This document shows, piece after piece, positions 32,544 to 41,855 of a stretch of DNA of 64,000 bases. Made by a program: the position numbers and the translations under genes. The stretch is from Candidatus Omnitrophota bacterium (GTDB lineage: Bacteria > Omnitrophota > Gorgyraeia > Gygaellales > Profunditerraquicolaceae), in contig JBAZLM010000001.1 of the NCBI GenBank assembly GCA_041650295.1, positions 128,318 through 192,317 on the forward strand, in the 5' to 3' direction. The notes under the pieces are model-generated. The model ran no database searches. It saw nothing but the letters and a program-made list of their open reading frames with translations, and was not told the origin of the DNA. Positions within the stretch are counted from its first letter, which is position 1; each line of letters starts with the position of its first letter.

Positions 32544-33914
32544 ATGTGCGGAATATTTGGAGTTTATCCACATAAAGATGCAGCTCAACTTACCTGTTTA
32601 GGCCTTTATGCGTTGCAGCATCGTGGAGAAGAGTCTGCGGGGATTATCTCTCGGCAGGGCAAGAAAGTGCACTTGCATAAAGCTTTAGGATTAGTCAGTG
32701 ATGTTTTTGGGGACAAAACTTTGCGTACCTTGCGCGGTGATTTTGCGATTGGGCATTTGCGTTATTCGACTACTGGAGGTAGTAATTTAAAAAATACTCA
32801 ACCTTTTTATGTAAGATCAAAAGTAGGAGATATTGCTATTGCGCATAATGGCAATCTTACTAATACCTCTAAATTACAAGCAGAGCTACAAAATAACGGT
32901 GCGCTTTTTCAGACGACGATGGATTCAGAGTTGATTGTGCATCTTTTGGCGCACAGTAAGCAAAAAGATTTACAGGGGATCGTGATTGAGGCGCTCTCTA
33001 AATTAGAAGGGGCATACTCTTTAGCGTTAATGTTTAATGATACTTTAATTGGCGCTCGTGATGTTTTTGGTTGGCGGCCACTTTGTTTAGGTAAACTAGA
33101 CGATGCTTATATTTTGGCTAGCGAAACTTGTGCTTTGGATCTTATCGGGGCTAAATATATTCGGGATATTGCGCCAGGGGAAATAGTTTTTATTACTAAA
33201 GATAAGATCGACTCGGTAATGCCGTTTAAAAAGAGTGATAAAGCTTTTTGTATCTTTGAATATATTTATTTTGCTCGTCCAGATAGTAATGTTTTTGAAC
33301 ATAATGTTTATTTAGCGCGTAAACGCCTGGGGGCGCAGTTAGCCGCAGAATTTAGTGCGCAGGCAGATTTAGTGATGCCCATTCCTGACTCCGGAGTTTT
33401 TGCGGCTTTGGGTTTTGCAGAAGCTAGTAAAATTCCTTTTGAATTTGGAATGATTCGAAATCACTATATCGGCAGGACATTTATTCAACCGACGCAAGAT
33501 TTGCGTGATTTTCGGGTGAGGATAAAATTGAATCCTTTGAAAGAAGTATTAAATGGTAAAAAAATTATTATCGTTGAAGATTCGATTGTGCGGGGGACTA
33601 CTAGCCGCTCGCGTGTAAAAAATATTCGTCAGGCCGGAGCCAAAGAGATTCATATGCGCATTAGTTGTCCGCCGATTCGCTTTCCTTGTTTTTACGGGAT
33701 AGATTTTCCAACTAAAAAAGAATTGATTGCGGCTAAACATGATATCGCTTGGGTGCGTGATTTTATCGGCGCTGATAGCCTAGAGTATTTATCTCTTGAA
33801 GGGATGTTAAGCTCGATGCCGTTACCTAAAGAAAATTTTTGCACGGCTTGTTTTACCGGAAAGTATCCTTCTAAGCAAAGTGGTTGTTGTGCCAAGAATA
33901 TCTTAGAAAGATAA
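32544..33914 (+). CDS. purF: amidophosphoribosyltransferase
   Basis: MCGIFGV N-terminal nucleophile; PRTase motif IIVEDSIVRGTT; C-terminal Cys cluster CTACFTG. Confidence 0.9.
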   Translation: MCGIFGVYPHKDAAQLTCLGLYALQHRGEESAGIISRQGKKVHLHKALGLVSDVFGDKTLRTLRGDFAIGHLRYSTTGGSNLKNTQPFYVRSKVGDIAIAHNGNLTNTSKLQAELQNNGALFQTTMDSELIVHLLAHSKQKDLQGIVIEALSKLEGAYSLALMFNDTLIGARDVFGWRPLCLGKLDDAYILASETCALDLIGAKYIRDIAPGEIVFITKDKIDSVMPFKKSDKAFCIFEYIYFARPDSNVFEHNVYLARKRLGAQLAAEFSAQADLVMPIPDSGVFAALGFAEASKIPFEFGMIRNHYIGRTFIQPTQDLRDFRVRIKLNPLKEVLNGKKIIIVEDSIVRGTTSRSRVKNIRQAGAKEIHMRISCPPIRFPCFYGIDFPTKKELIAAKHDIAWVRDFIGADSLEYLSLEGMLSSMPLPKENFCTACFTGKYPSKQSGCCAKNILER

Positions 33915-33998
33915 AACCTACCGCATTTTATGATAGTTCATCCCAATTAAGGCAAACTGCTTGCACTTTCTTTAATTTGCTATATAATTACCCACAAT

Positions 33999-34919
33999 AT
34001 GAAAATAAAAAAGACATTTATTATAATTTTTATGATTACACTTGCAACGAGTGCGATTTTTTCATATAAAATTTATGAAAAAAATCTATTCTTTAGTGCG
34101 CAGTTGCGTTTGTTTAATCGAAAAAAAGAGGGTTGGAACCGGTTAAAGAAGACTTTAGAAAATAAAGTGGCGCATTTTAAAGGTACGGTGGGGCTAGTAG
34201 TGGAAGATTTAAATACCGGTTGGGTCATTGCTTTAAATGAAAATGTTTTAATTCCGTCGGCGAGCTTAGTAAAGGTGCCGATTATGTTGGCTTATTTTTA
34301 TGCCGCGCAGGAAAATAAAATTAATTTGGATGATGATATTAAATTTAAATCTTTTCAAAGAATTCCAACAACTAAGCTTCAGGGAAGAGCACCGGTGGGT
34401 AGGCATTTTATGGTGGAAGAGTTATTTGATCCAATGATTACTGTCAGCAATAATGATGCGGCCAATGCGTTGATTAATTTATTAGGTTTTGATACTTTAA
34501 ATGATTATTTCAAAAAGATGGGTTTGAAAAATACCAATATTTCTCGCAATATGTTAGATTTTAAAAGCCGTCGGGAAGGCCTGGAAAATTATACGACGGC
34601 TAAAGATACGGCTTATCTATTGGAGAAGCTTTATCGACGACAGTTTTTAAGTCAAGAGGTTTCCGAAAAGTGTTTGGCTTTGTTGAATCAACAGAAAATT
34701 AACGATCGCATTCCCAGAAAACTTCCTGATGATATTTCGGTGGCCCATAAAACTGGCTTAGAAAGACATATTTGTCACGACGCTGGAATTGTTTACACTC
34801 CTAAGGGAGATTTTTTAATTTGTGTTTTAGTAAAACATCGCAATCGTTTTGCCAAACCTGCTAAAAAATTAATCTCTGAAATTGCGCTAGCTACCTATAA
34901 TTACTATAATAGCCTTTAA
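33999..34919 (+). CDS. class A β-lactamase-family serine hydrolase (secreted)
   Basis: N-terminal hydrophobic signal; SxxK (SLVK), SxN (VSNND) and KTG (HKTG) motifs in the class-A order and spacing. Confidence 0.5.
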   Translation: MKIKKTFIIIFMITLATSAIFSYKIYEKNLFFSAQLRLFNRKKEGWNRLKKTLENKVAHFKGTVGLVVEDLNTGWVIALNENVLIPSASLVKVPIMLAYFYAAQENKINLDDDIKFKSFQRIPTTKLQGRAPVGRHFMVEELFDPMITVSNNDAANALINLLGFDTLNDYFKKMGLKNTNISRNMLDFKSRREGLENYTTAKDTAYLLEKLYRRQFLSQEVSEKCLALLNQQKINDRIPRKLPDDISVAHKTGLERHICHDAGIVYTPKGDFLICVLVKHRNRFAKPAKKLISEIALATYNYYNSL

Positions 34920-34937
34920 AATTTAAAAGAAAAGATT

Positions 34938-34965
34938 TTGACAATTTAAGGTTATGCCTTAGAAT
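34938..34965 (+). promoter_or_regulatory. σ70-like promoter for tRNA-Leu (TTGACA-16 nt-TAGAAT)
   Basis: TTGACA at 34938-43 and TAGAAT at 34960-65, about 17 nt upstream of the tRNA 5' end. Confidence 0.5.
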
Positions 34966-34981
34966 GTCAGTTGCAAATTAG

Positions 34982-35062
34982 GCGCGGGTGGTGGAATGGC
35001 AGACACGCAAGCATGAGGGGCTTGTGCCGAAAGGCTTGGGGGTTCAACTCCCCCCTCGCGCA
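34982..35062 (+). tRNA. tRNA-Leu (anticodon GAG), long variable arm
   Basis: Acceptor GCGCGGG/CTCGCGC+A; D-arm GTGGAATGGCAGAC; anticodon stem CAAGC/GCTTG with loop ATGAGGG; long variable arm; T-arm GGGGG-TTCAACT-CCCCC. Confidence 0.7.
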
Positions 35063-35072
35063 TTAAAAATTA

Positions 35073-35100
35073 TTGACTAAAGGTATTGGTATAGTAGAAT
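35073..35100 (+). promoter_or_regulatory. σ70-like promoter (TTGACT-16 nt-TAGAAT) upstream of the tRNA-Glu repeat region
   Basis: TTGACT at 35073-78 and TAGAAT at 35095-100; it is the same promoter architecture as the one before tRNA-Leu. Confidence 0.45.
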
Positions 35101-35117
35101 AACCTAAACTAATTTTT

Positions 35118-35316
35118 GGCCCCATCGTCCCGCTAGAGTTTAAAGTTTCTGCGGGAAGCCTGGCCGTGGGGTGGTATCATTGGTTTATTTAAATATTTTT
35201 GGCCCCATCGTCTTCCCGCCGGAGTCTTCTAAGGTGGGCGGGATCCCGCTAGAGTTTAAAGTTTTGGCGGGAAGCCTGGCCGTGGGGTGGTCTCATTAGT
35301 TTATTTAAATATTTTT
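35118..35316 (+). repeat. two direct partial copies of the tRNA-Glu 5' end (TTTTTGGCCCCATCGTC) interleaved with GC hairpin modules (CCCGC-UAGAGUUUAAAGUUU-GCGGG; AAGCCTGGCCGTGGGGTGG)
   Basis: Units 35118-35200 and 35201-35316 each begin with the first 12 nt of tRNA-Glu and share the block CCCGCTAGAGTTTAAAGTTT(C/T)(T/G)GCGGGAAGCCTGGCCGTGGGGTGGT(A/C)TCATT(G/A)GTTTATTTAAATATTTTT. Confidence 0.6.
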
Positions 35317-35391
35317 GGCCCCATCGTCTAGCCTGGCCTAGGACGTCAGCTTCTCAGGCTGTAAACACCGGTTCAAATCCGGTTGGGGCTA
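35317..35391 (+). tRNA. tRNA-Glu (anticodon CUC)
   Basis: Acceptor GGCCCCA/TGGGGCT+A (G1·U72); D-arm GTCT-AGCCTGGCCTA-GGAC (Glu-like); anticodon loop TTCTCAG; T-arm ACCGG-TTCAAAT-CCGGT; 75 nt. Confidence 0.65.
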
Positions 35392-35600
35392 ATATTTGTT
35401 AGCTTTATCCGGTTCTCCCGTCAGAGCATAAAATAAAGTGACGGGACTACGCCGCCAGACAGAAATGATAGTGGCTTGAAATCCGGTTGGGGCTAATATT
35501 TGTTAGCTTTATCCGGTTCTCCCGTCAATGCATAAAATAAAAAAGACGGGACTGCGCCGCTAGGTAGAAATGATAGCGGCTTGAAATCCGGTTGGGGCTA
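35392..35600 (+). repeat. two ~105-bp direct repeats each ending in a copy of the tRNA-Glu 3' end (GAAATCCGGTTGGGGCTA)
   Basis: 35392-35495 and 35496-35600 are ~90% identical; each contains a CCCGTCA..TGACGGG hairpin and terminates with the last 17 nt of the tRNA. Confidence 0.6.
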
Positions 35601-35817
35601 ATATTTTTTGTTACTTTGTAAGATTTAGCCAGAAAATTTAAAGTATTTAAAATTTCCCTTGCATTTTGCAAAGCTTTATAATATCATTAAAAACTAAGGG
35701 GGAGTAATGCGCAAAATTTTTTTATCTTCTAAGATATTCCAGTGCAGTGGTTAAGCTAATTGCCTGGATTTTTTTGTGCCCGGAATTTTAGGTATTATTT
35801 TTAATTATAATATTTTT

Positions 35818-36747
35818 ATGAAGGAGGCAGGCGTGAAAAATAAAATTGTTCTATTCATTTTAGTCAGTGCGTTTTTTAGTGGCATCTTAGGTTGTGATAA
35901 AATTAAGCAGATGACTGCTCCTAAATCAGAAGCAAAAGTTGTAGCGCAGGGGCCAGCTATTCAGCCCAGGGGACCGATTGTAGCCAAAATAAATAATATC
36001 GCTATTGGTTTAGACGATCTTAACGATGAAATAGAGTTTTATAATGCTAATGTTCCTGAAGAGAGCCCAGAGTTAAAAATTACTACTAGAGAACAAAAAA
36101 TAAACTATTTAAAAAATGAAGTTATCCGTCGTACTTTAATTTATCAGCAGGCTTTAGATAAAGGTTTAGATAGAAATGATGAGGTGCGCCAGGCAGTTGA
36201 GAAGAATAAACGAGAGATGATGGTGATGCAAAATGTGCAAGATATTGTTAAAAATATTACTGCTTCCTCTAAAGAAGTAGAGGATTATTACAATACCTAT
36301 AAGGATCAGCTAAAAGAACCCGAAGAGCGTAAGGTTTCTGAAATTGTGGTTGGCTCGGAACAAGAAGCCAAAGATCTTTTAGTGCAACTTTTGCAGGGCG
36401 CAAACTTTACTACTTTAGCTAAGGCTAATTCTAAAGCACCTAGTGCTGCAGATGGTGGGGTTATAGATTTTGTAGCCAAAGGTGTAAAATCGGAACAATT
36501 TGATGAAGTAGTTTTTGCTTCGACCTTAGACATAGGTGAGTTAAGTAGTATATTTAAGACTCCCGAAGGTTATAGTATCATTAGATTAGATGCTAAGCGT
36601 GGTGGTAAATTAAAACCGCTTTCTGAGATGTGGGATGATATTAATCGAGGGTTAGTTTATATGAAACAACAGCAGGCAATTGAAGAACTCGTCGGCAAAC
36701 TTTCTCGAGATGCTAAAATCGAGGTTTCTGAAGGGGAGATTAAATAA
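35818..36747 (+). CDS. PpiC-type (parvulin) peptidyl-prolyl isomerase lipoprotein (SurA/PrsA-like)
   Basis: Lipobox ILGCD; C-terminal parvulin domain (KVSEIVVGSEQEAKDLL..GGVIDFVAKG..TPEGYSIIRLD). An alternative GTG start at 35833, five nt after AGGAGG, is likely. Confidence 0.55.
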   Translation: MKEAGVKNKIVLFILVSAFFSGILGCDKIKQMTAPKSEAKVVAQGPAIQPRGPIVAKINNIAIGLDDLNDEIEFYNANVPEESPELKITTREQKINYLKNEVIRRTLIYQQALDKGLDRNDEVRQAVEKNKREMMVMQNVQDIVKNITASSKEVEDYYNTYKDQLKEPEERKVSEIVVGSEQEAKDLLVQLLQGANFTTLAKANSKAPSAADGGVIDFVAKGVKSEQFDEVVFASTLDIGELSSIFKTPEGYSIIRLDAKRGGKLKPLSEMWDDINRGLVYMKQQQAIEELVGKLSRDAKIEVSEGEIK

Positions 36748-37643
36748 TGGCCATTGAAAAACAGAAGCTCATTTTGATTAGTGGAGTGGTCTTAGGAATT
36801 GTGGCGATTGTGATGACTAAGATGTATTTGGATCAACAGCAAGAAGAGATTCGGGCTAAGGCAAAAAAAGCAGTTGCTAATATGCAAGCTAATCAAGTAG
36901 CGGTTCTGGTGGCCAAAAAAGATATTCCGGTTGGCGTGGTGATTGATTCGAATATGTTAGAAACTGCAATTGTTCCAAATCAATATGTGCAGCCTCAAGC
37001 GGTAACTTCTTTGGATAGAATTGCTGGAATGATTACAATTGCACCGATTGCTAAAGATGAACAAGTCAGCCTTTCTAAATTAGTCACTAGCAAAAAAGCG
37101 GGCGGGGGAGATCTCTCGGGAGTAACTCCGGCTGGTAAAAGGGCAATTTCGATTGTTGTCGACAATATCTCTTCTTTATCTGGGATGATTAGACCTAATG
37201 ATTATGTTGATGTATTGGCGACGATTCAGGTTCCAGCGCACGGTGCTGATGGGCAAGTTGTAAACCAGATGGCAGTAGTTCCTTTATTTCAAAATATTTT
37301 AGTTTTAGCGGTAGGATCTGATACTGGTGGGCCTGCTTCAGATAGTAGTCGTTATGCAGATAAAGGACCTTCCGGTAATACTTTAATTACTTTGGCTTTA
37401 GGTCCTCAAGAATCTAATTTAATAGCTTTTGTTCAAGAGCAAGGCAAGATTCGTTTAATTATGCGGTCTCCGGCGGATGCTAAGGTTGAACAAATGCCAC
37501 CGGCTAGTTGGGATACATTATTTCAATATATTGCACCACAGCAACAGTTTAATCCCGATGATCAAGCTGAGCCGGTTGATACTACGGAGTATGTTGAAGT
37601 TTTACGTGGATTAAATAAAGAAAAAATCCCTATATCTAAATAG
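36747..37643 (+). CDS. cpaB: Flp pilus assembly protein CpaB/RcpC
   Basis: N-terminal TM helix, then a SAF-type domain (VAVLVAKKDIPVGVVIDSNMLE..VPNQY); position directly upstream of the secretin. Confidence 0.65.
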   Translation: MAIEKQKLILISGVVLGIVAIVMTKMYLDQQQEEIRAKAKKAVANMQANQVAVLVAKKDIPVGVVIDSNMLETAIVPNQYVQPQAVTSLDRIAGMITIAPIAKDEQVSLSKLVTSKKAGGGDLSGVTPAGKRAISIVVDNISSLSGMIRPNDYVDVLATIQVPAHGADGQVVNQMAVVPLFQNILVLAVGSDTGGPASDSSRYADKGPSGNTLITLALGPQESNLIAFVQEQGKIRLIMRSPADAKVEQMPPASWDTLFQYIAPQQQFNPDDQAEPVDTTEYVEVLRGLNKEKIPISK

Positions 37644-37658
37644 CATAGAAGGAGAAAA

Positions 37659-39257
37659 ATGAGAAAGTTATTTTTAAATCTAGTAATCGTAGCTACCTTT
37701 ATTACGGTTTTACCTTTTAAAGGATTTTCCGCCGGTGGAGCTGAAGAGGAGATAAAGCTTTATATTGGACATCCTCAAATTATCTCTGTGAGCTCTCCTA
37801 AGCGAGTGGCAGTGGGTAATCCAGAGATTGCCGATGTTGGTAATATTAGTAAAACCGAATTAACCGTTAATCCTAAAATAGCCGGATCGACTAATTTAAT
37901 TGTTTGGGATAATTTTGGTGAGCAGTCTTATCGGTTGAAGGTGTTTGCTGAAGATATTCATGAGATTAAGCGACGCATTGATAGCATACTTTCTACGTTA
38001 GATTTAACAGGGGTTTATACTAAAGCTGAAGAAGATGAAGCCCGAGTAGCACTTTTAGGAACTGTAAAATTTGCTAAAGATAAAGAAAAAATCACTACTG
38101 CTTTAGCGGGATTAAAAAGTAAGACCGTAGATTTAACTACGGTTAAGGAAGAAGAATCGGTGATTGAAATTGATGTCCAAGTAATTGAATTAAACTCTGG
38201 GTCTAGAGAAAAAGTAGGGTTTACTTGGCCTGAAAGTATTAATTTAACTGAGTTGGCTTCACAGGCAACTGCTGCTCCGGGAACCACATCTTTTGCAAAA
38301 TTATTTACTCTTGGTAATTTGACGCGAAATGTTTTTAATTTGAATTTAGATATGTTAGTTAAGGAAGGTAAAGCGCGCATACTTTCTCGTCCGCGACTTT
38401 CTTGTCAAAGCGGTAAGGAGGCTAAGCTAGTTGTCGGAGGAGAGGTCCCGATATTAAGTGGTTCCGTTACTCCTGGCACAAGCGGTCCAACTCCTGGGGC
38501 GACAACTGGTGGTTCTGTAGAATATAAAGAATATGGAATTATTTTAAATGTTAAACCGCAGCTTACCGATACCGGACGTATTCATCTTAATCTAGACGTT
38601 TCTGTAACTGATCTAGGAGAAGAGGTTAAAACAGATTACGCTTTAGCTTATAAAATGATTAAACGTTCAGCAACTACAGAATTATTCTTAGATAATCAAC
38701 AAACCATGGCCATTGGTGGATTGATTAAAAAGAAGTCAGCTGATCAATTAAGAAAAGTTCCTTGGCTCTCTGATATTCCAGTTTTAGGAGTATTTTTTAG
38801 GCAAAAAATTTCCGATCAAGGTTCAACCAGTGACCAGTCATTTACTGAGGATACAGAACTTTTTATTACTCTTACTCCCACGGTAATAAGTAGAGTGAAG
38901 CCACAGGAAAAATCTCTAAAAATACTGTCTTCCAATATTCCTTCAGTTGGTGATGACAAAATAACTGATCCAGTTTTAAAATATTCGAAAATAATTCAAA
39001 AAAGAATTTTGGAAAAATTAGTTTATCCGGCAGAGGCCAAAGATGCTGGTTTTCAGGGAGCGGTAAGATTAAGTCTTAAGCTTTCTGCACAGGGAGATTT
39101 GTTAGATGTAAAATTAAAGGATTCTTCTAGTTTTAGAGTGCTTGATGAAGGAACATTAAAGACTGCCAAGGAGATCTCTCCGTATCCACCATTTCCTCCT
39201 GAAATAAAGGATAAAGAGGTTTGGGTGGAGATTCCAATAATTTATCAATTAGAATAA
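37659..39257 (+). CDS. cpaC: Tad secretin CpaC/RcpA with C-terminal TonB_C-like extension
   Basis: Signal peptide; secretin core (..GGLIKKKSADQLRKVPWLSDIPVLGVFFRQK..TELFITLTPTVI). Extra C-terminus YPAEAKDAGFQGAVRLSLKLSAQGDLLDVKLKDSSSFRVLDEGTLKTAKEISPYPPFP resembles the TonB C-terminal domain. Confidence 0.7.
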   Translation: MRKLFLNLVIVATFITVLPFKGFSAGGAEEEIKLYIGHPQIISVSSPKRVAVGNPEIADVGNISKTELTVNPKIAGSTNLIVWDNFGEQSYRLKVFAEDIHEIKRRIDSILSTLDLTGVYTKAEEDEARVALLGTVKFAKDKEKITTALAGLKSKTVDLTTVKEEESVIEIDVQVIELNSGSREKVGFTWPESINLTELASQATAAPGTTSFAKLFTLGNLTRNVFNLNLDMLVKEGKARILSRPRLSCQSGKEAKLVVGGEVPILSGSVTPGTSGPTPGATTGGSVEYKEYGIILNVKPQLTDTGRIHLNLDVSVTDLGEEVKTDYALAYKMIKRSATTELFLDNQQTMAIGGLIKKKSADQLRKVPWLSDIPVLGVFFRQKISDQGSTSDQSFTEDTELFITLTPTVISRVKPQEKSLKILSSNIPSVGDDKITDPVLKYSKIIQKRILEKLVYPAEAKDAGFQGAVRLSLKLSAQGDLLDVKLKDSSSFRVLDEGTLKTAKEISPYPPFPPEIKDKEVWVEIPIIYQLE

Positions 39258-39258
39258 A

Positions 39259-41421
39259 ATGTCCAAAACAATTGTAATATTTAGCACTAAAGGCGGTGTT
39301 GGCAAGACTTTAGTGGCAACTAATTTAGCAGTATCTTTGGCGCAAGTTGGCAAGCGCGTCTGTTTGATTGATTTAGATACGCAGGTTGTCGGCGACATGG
39401 CGCACATGTTGGGTTTAGTTCCGCAGCGGTGTTTAGCGGATCTGATGAATATTCTAACTAAACAGCCACAGTTAACCAAGAAAAAAGATTTTATCATTAG
39501 AAGCGATTCTGCGAATATTGATTTTATTCCTGGAGTATTGAAACCACAACAATCTGGCTACCTTATTGCTGAAAAAATTCCCGAAGTTTTTTCTTTTTTA
39601 GAAAAAGATTATGATTATATTGTAGTGGATGCGGGAAAAAGTTTTAGCGATGTTTTTCTTTCCACATTAAGTCAAGCTAATTTGATTTTACTAGTCGCCA
39701 CCCCGGATGTGCTTTCCATTGAGCAAACTAAATGGGCTTTAGAGACATTGCAGATGTTACATTTTCCGTTAAGCATGGTAAGGTTAATACTCAACAGGTC
39801 AGAGTCTTTATCTAGTATTAGTTGGCAGGAGATTCGGGTTAATTTGCCAGTTAATATCATTGAAAAAGTTCCTTCCGACGGTAAATTAGTAAATTTGGCG
39901 GTTAATCGTAGGGTGCCTGTAGTGATTGATGCGGCACGTTCTAAAATTGCATTGGCTTTTTCTGAACTCGCCGATATTTTAATTGCAGATAAAGGAATAT
40001 TTACGGAACGAAAAAATATTGACCAGATTAAAATGAAGGAAGTAGCTCGCGAAAAATCTGGTCAATTTTGGATGGAACAGGATCTTAATACTGGGGTGCT
40101 TGAGCCAGATACTTATGAAGGCCGGGATGAGATTTTAGTGCTTAAGCGTCGGATTCACAGCCGCCTTTTAGAAAACATGAAGATTAAAAGTATAGATCTT
40201 AATGTTTTTAGTGATCAAAAAAAAGCTAAAGATTTAAAAAATAGTGCAGAAGCGATGGTGAATAATCTTTTAGTTGAGGAGGCAGGTAGCTTTATCCCTT
40301 CTCAAGAAGTGCGCAAAGGCCTGGTTAAAGAGATATTAGACGAAGCCTTAGGATTAGGGGCTTTAGAGGATTTATTAGCTGATCCGGAAATTACGGATAT
40401 TATGGTTAATAATAAGGATGAGGTTTTTGTTGAACGTTTTGGAAAAATTGAACTGACGAATAAAAAATTTATTTCTAATGATCAGGTACGTACAATTATT
40501 GAACGTATTATTGCTCCGATTGGTAGACGTATTGATGAATCAGTGCCAATGGTTGATGCGCGTTTAACCGATGGTTCTCGAGTAAATGCAATTATTTCGC
40601 CACTATCTTTGACCGGTCCAACCCTAACGATTAGAAAATTTCGTAAAGAAAGATATCGGGTTAATGATTTATTGGCTTTTGGTGCGCTGAATACGGCGAT
40701 GGCAGATTTTATTAAAGCCTCGGTATTGTGTCGTAAAAATATGATTGTCTCTGGAGGAACTGGCTCTGGAAAAACTACAGTTTTAAATGCTTTGTCTGAA
40801 TTTATTCCCGAAGGAGAAAGAATTATTACCTTAGAGGATGCGGCGGAACTTAAATTAAATCAACGACATTGGATTAGATTAGAGTCTCGACCGATGAATA
40901 TTGAAGGTAAGGGTGGGTTAACCATTCGAGATCTTTTTCGTAATACTCTACGTATGCGTCCAGATCGAATTATCGTCGGAGAATGCCGTGGTTCTGAATC
41001 ACTAGATATGTTGCAAGCGATGAATACTGGCCACGATGGCTCTATGACCACTATTCATGCTAACTCGGCTTCAGATGTTTTAAGCCGACTGGATTCTATG
41101 ATTTTGATGTCGGGAATTGAGTTACCGGTGAGAGCAATCCGAGAGATGGTTTCTTCAGCGGTTGATATTATTGTGCACACTGCTCGGCTTAGCGATGGTT
41201 CACGTAAAGTTTTGTCAATTGCTGAAGTGGCCGGAATGAAGGACGAAGCACATATAAATTTAAGCGACATCTTTGTTTTTACGCAAACTGGCGTAGATGC
41301 TCAAGGAAAGGTGCAGGGGTATTTTACTGCTACTGGTTATAAACCTACATTCTTAAATGAAATTAGGATGCGGGGCGTTGAAATTTCTGATGATGTTTTT
41401 AAGCCTACCAAATCTAAATAA
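39259..41421 (+). CDS. fused TadZ/CpaE-like ParA ATPase + TadA/CpaF secretion ATPase
   Basis: N-terminal deviant Walker A (STKGGVGKT, MinD/ParA). C-terminal half carries the T2SSE/VirB11 motifs: Walker [10 protein letters not shown], Asp box [10 protein letters not shown] and His box [16 protein letters not shown]. Confidence 0.75.
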   Translation: MSKTIVIFSTKGGVGKTLVATNLAVSLAQVGKRVCLIDLDTQVVGDMAHMLGLVPQRCLADLMNILTKQPQLTKKKDFIIRSDSANIDFIPGVLKPQQSGYLIAEKIPEVFSFLEKDYDYIVVDAGKSFSDVFLSTLSQANLILLVATPDVLSIEQTKWALETLQMLHFPLSMVRLILNRSESLSSISWQEIRVNLPVNIIEKVPSDGKLVNLAVNRRVPVVIDAARSKIALAFSELADILIADKGIFTERKNIDQIKMKEVAREKSGQFWMEQDLNTGVLEPDTYEGRDEILVLKRRIHSRLLENMKIKSIDLNVFSDQKKAKDLKNSAEAMVNNLLVEEAGSFIPSQEVRKGLVKEILDEALGLGALEDLLADPEITDIMVNNKDEVFVERFGKIELTNKKFISNDQVRTIIERIIAPIGRRIDESVPMVDARLTDGSRVNAIISPLSLTGPTLTIRKFRKERYRVNDLLAFGALNTAMADFIKASVLCRKNMIVSGGTGSGKTTVLNALSEFIPEGERIITLEDAAELKLNQRHWIRLESRPMNIEGKGGLTIRDLFRNTLRMRPDRIIVGECRGSESLDMLQAMNTGHDGSMTTIHANSASDVLSRLDSMILMSGIELPVRAIREMVSSAVDIIVHTARLSDGSRKVLSIAEVAGMKDEAHINLSDIFVFTQTGVDAQGKVQGYFTATGYKPTFLNEIRMRGVEISDDVFKPTKSK

Positions 41422-41427
41422 AACTTA

Positions 41428-41772
41428 ATGCCACTAATTAATTTCACTAAAAATATTGTATTGGCCCAAGATGTTTTTATCGCTAAAACTATATTGGCCA
41501 GGGCCAGAGGATTATTGGGAAGAAAAATTTTCTCTCCACAACAAGCTTTAATTCTTGATTCGTGTAATTCAGTACACACTTTTTTTATGCATTTTCCGAT
41601 TGATATAATTTTTGTAGATAAGAATTATAAAGTTATTAAGCTAATCTCTAATTTTAAGCCTAATCGTATAAGCAAAATATGCTGGCATGCCAGCAAGGTT
41701 ATTGAGTTGCCTTCAGGCGTATTAAATGCCACCAAAACCCAACTCCACGATCAGTTGCAAGTCCTAGGTTAA
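41428..41772 (+). CDS. DUF192 family protein
   Basis: Motifs ARGLLGRK..LILDSCNSVHTFFMHFPIDIIFVDKNYKVI are typical of DUF192/COG1430. Confidence 0.45.
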   Translation: MPLINFTKNIVLAQDVFIAKTILARARGLLGRKIFSPQQALILDSCNSVHTFFMHFPIDIIFVDKNYKVIKLISNFKPNRISKICWHASKVIELPSGVLNATKTQLHDQLQVLG

Positions 41773-41855
41773 GCTCTGCATATATGTCCAATCCAGCTTG
41801 ACAAAATCAAAAAAAAGATATATTCTATAGTGCAAATGTCCAATCTGGAGGATGT

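Noticed and set aside
33884-34069. 61-aa ORF overlapping the start of the β-lactamase-like gene
   Set aside because: It lies in an AT-rich spacer and overlaps a better-supported gene in another frame.
35118-35316. The upstream repeat units as additional tRNA genes or split-tRNA halves
   Set aside because: Each unit has the tRNA-Glu acceptor 5' strand and a possible 7-bp pairing with GUGGGGU, but no D-arm/T-arm (no TTCAAAT loop). It cannot fold into a cloverleaf, so it is reported as a repeat rather than as tRNAs.
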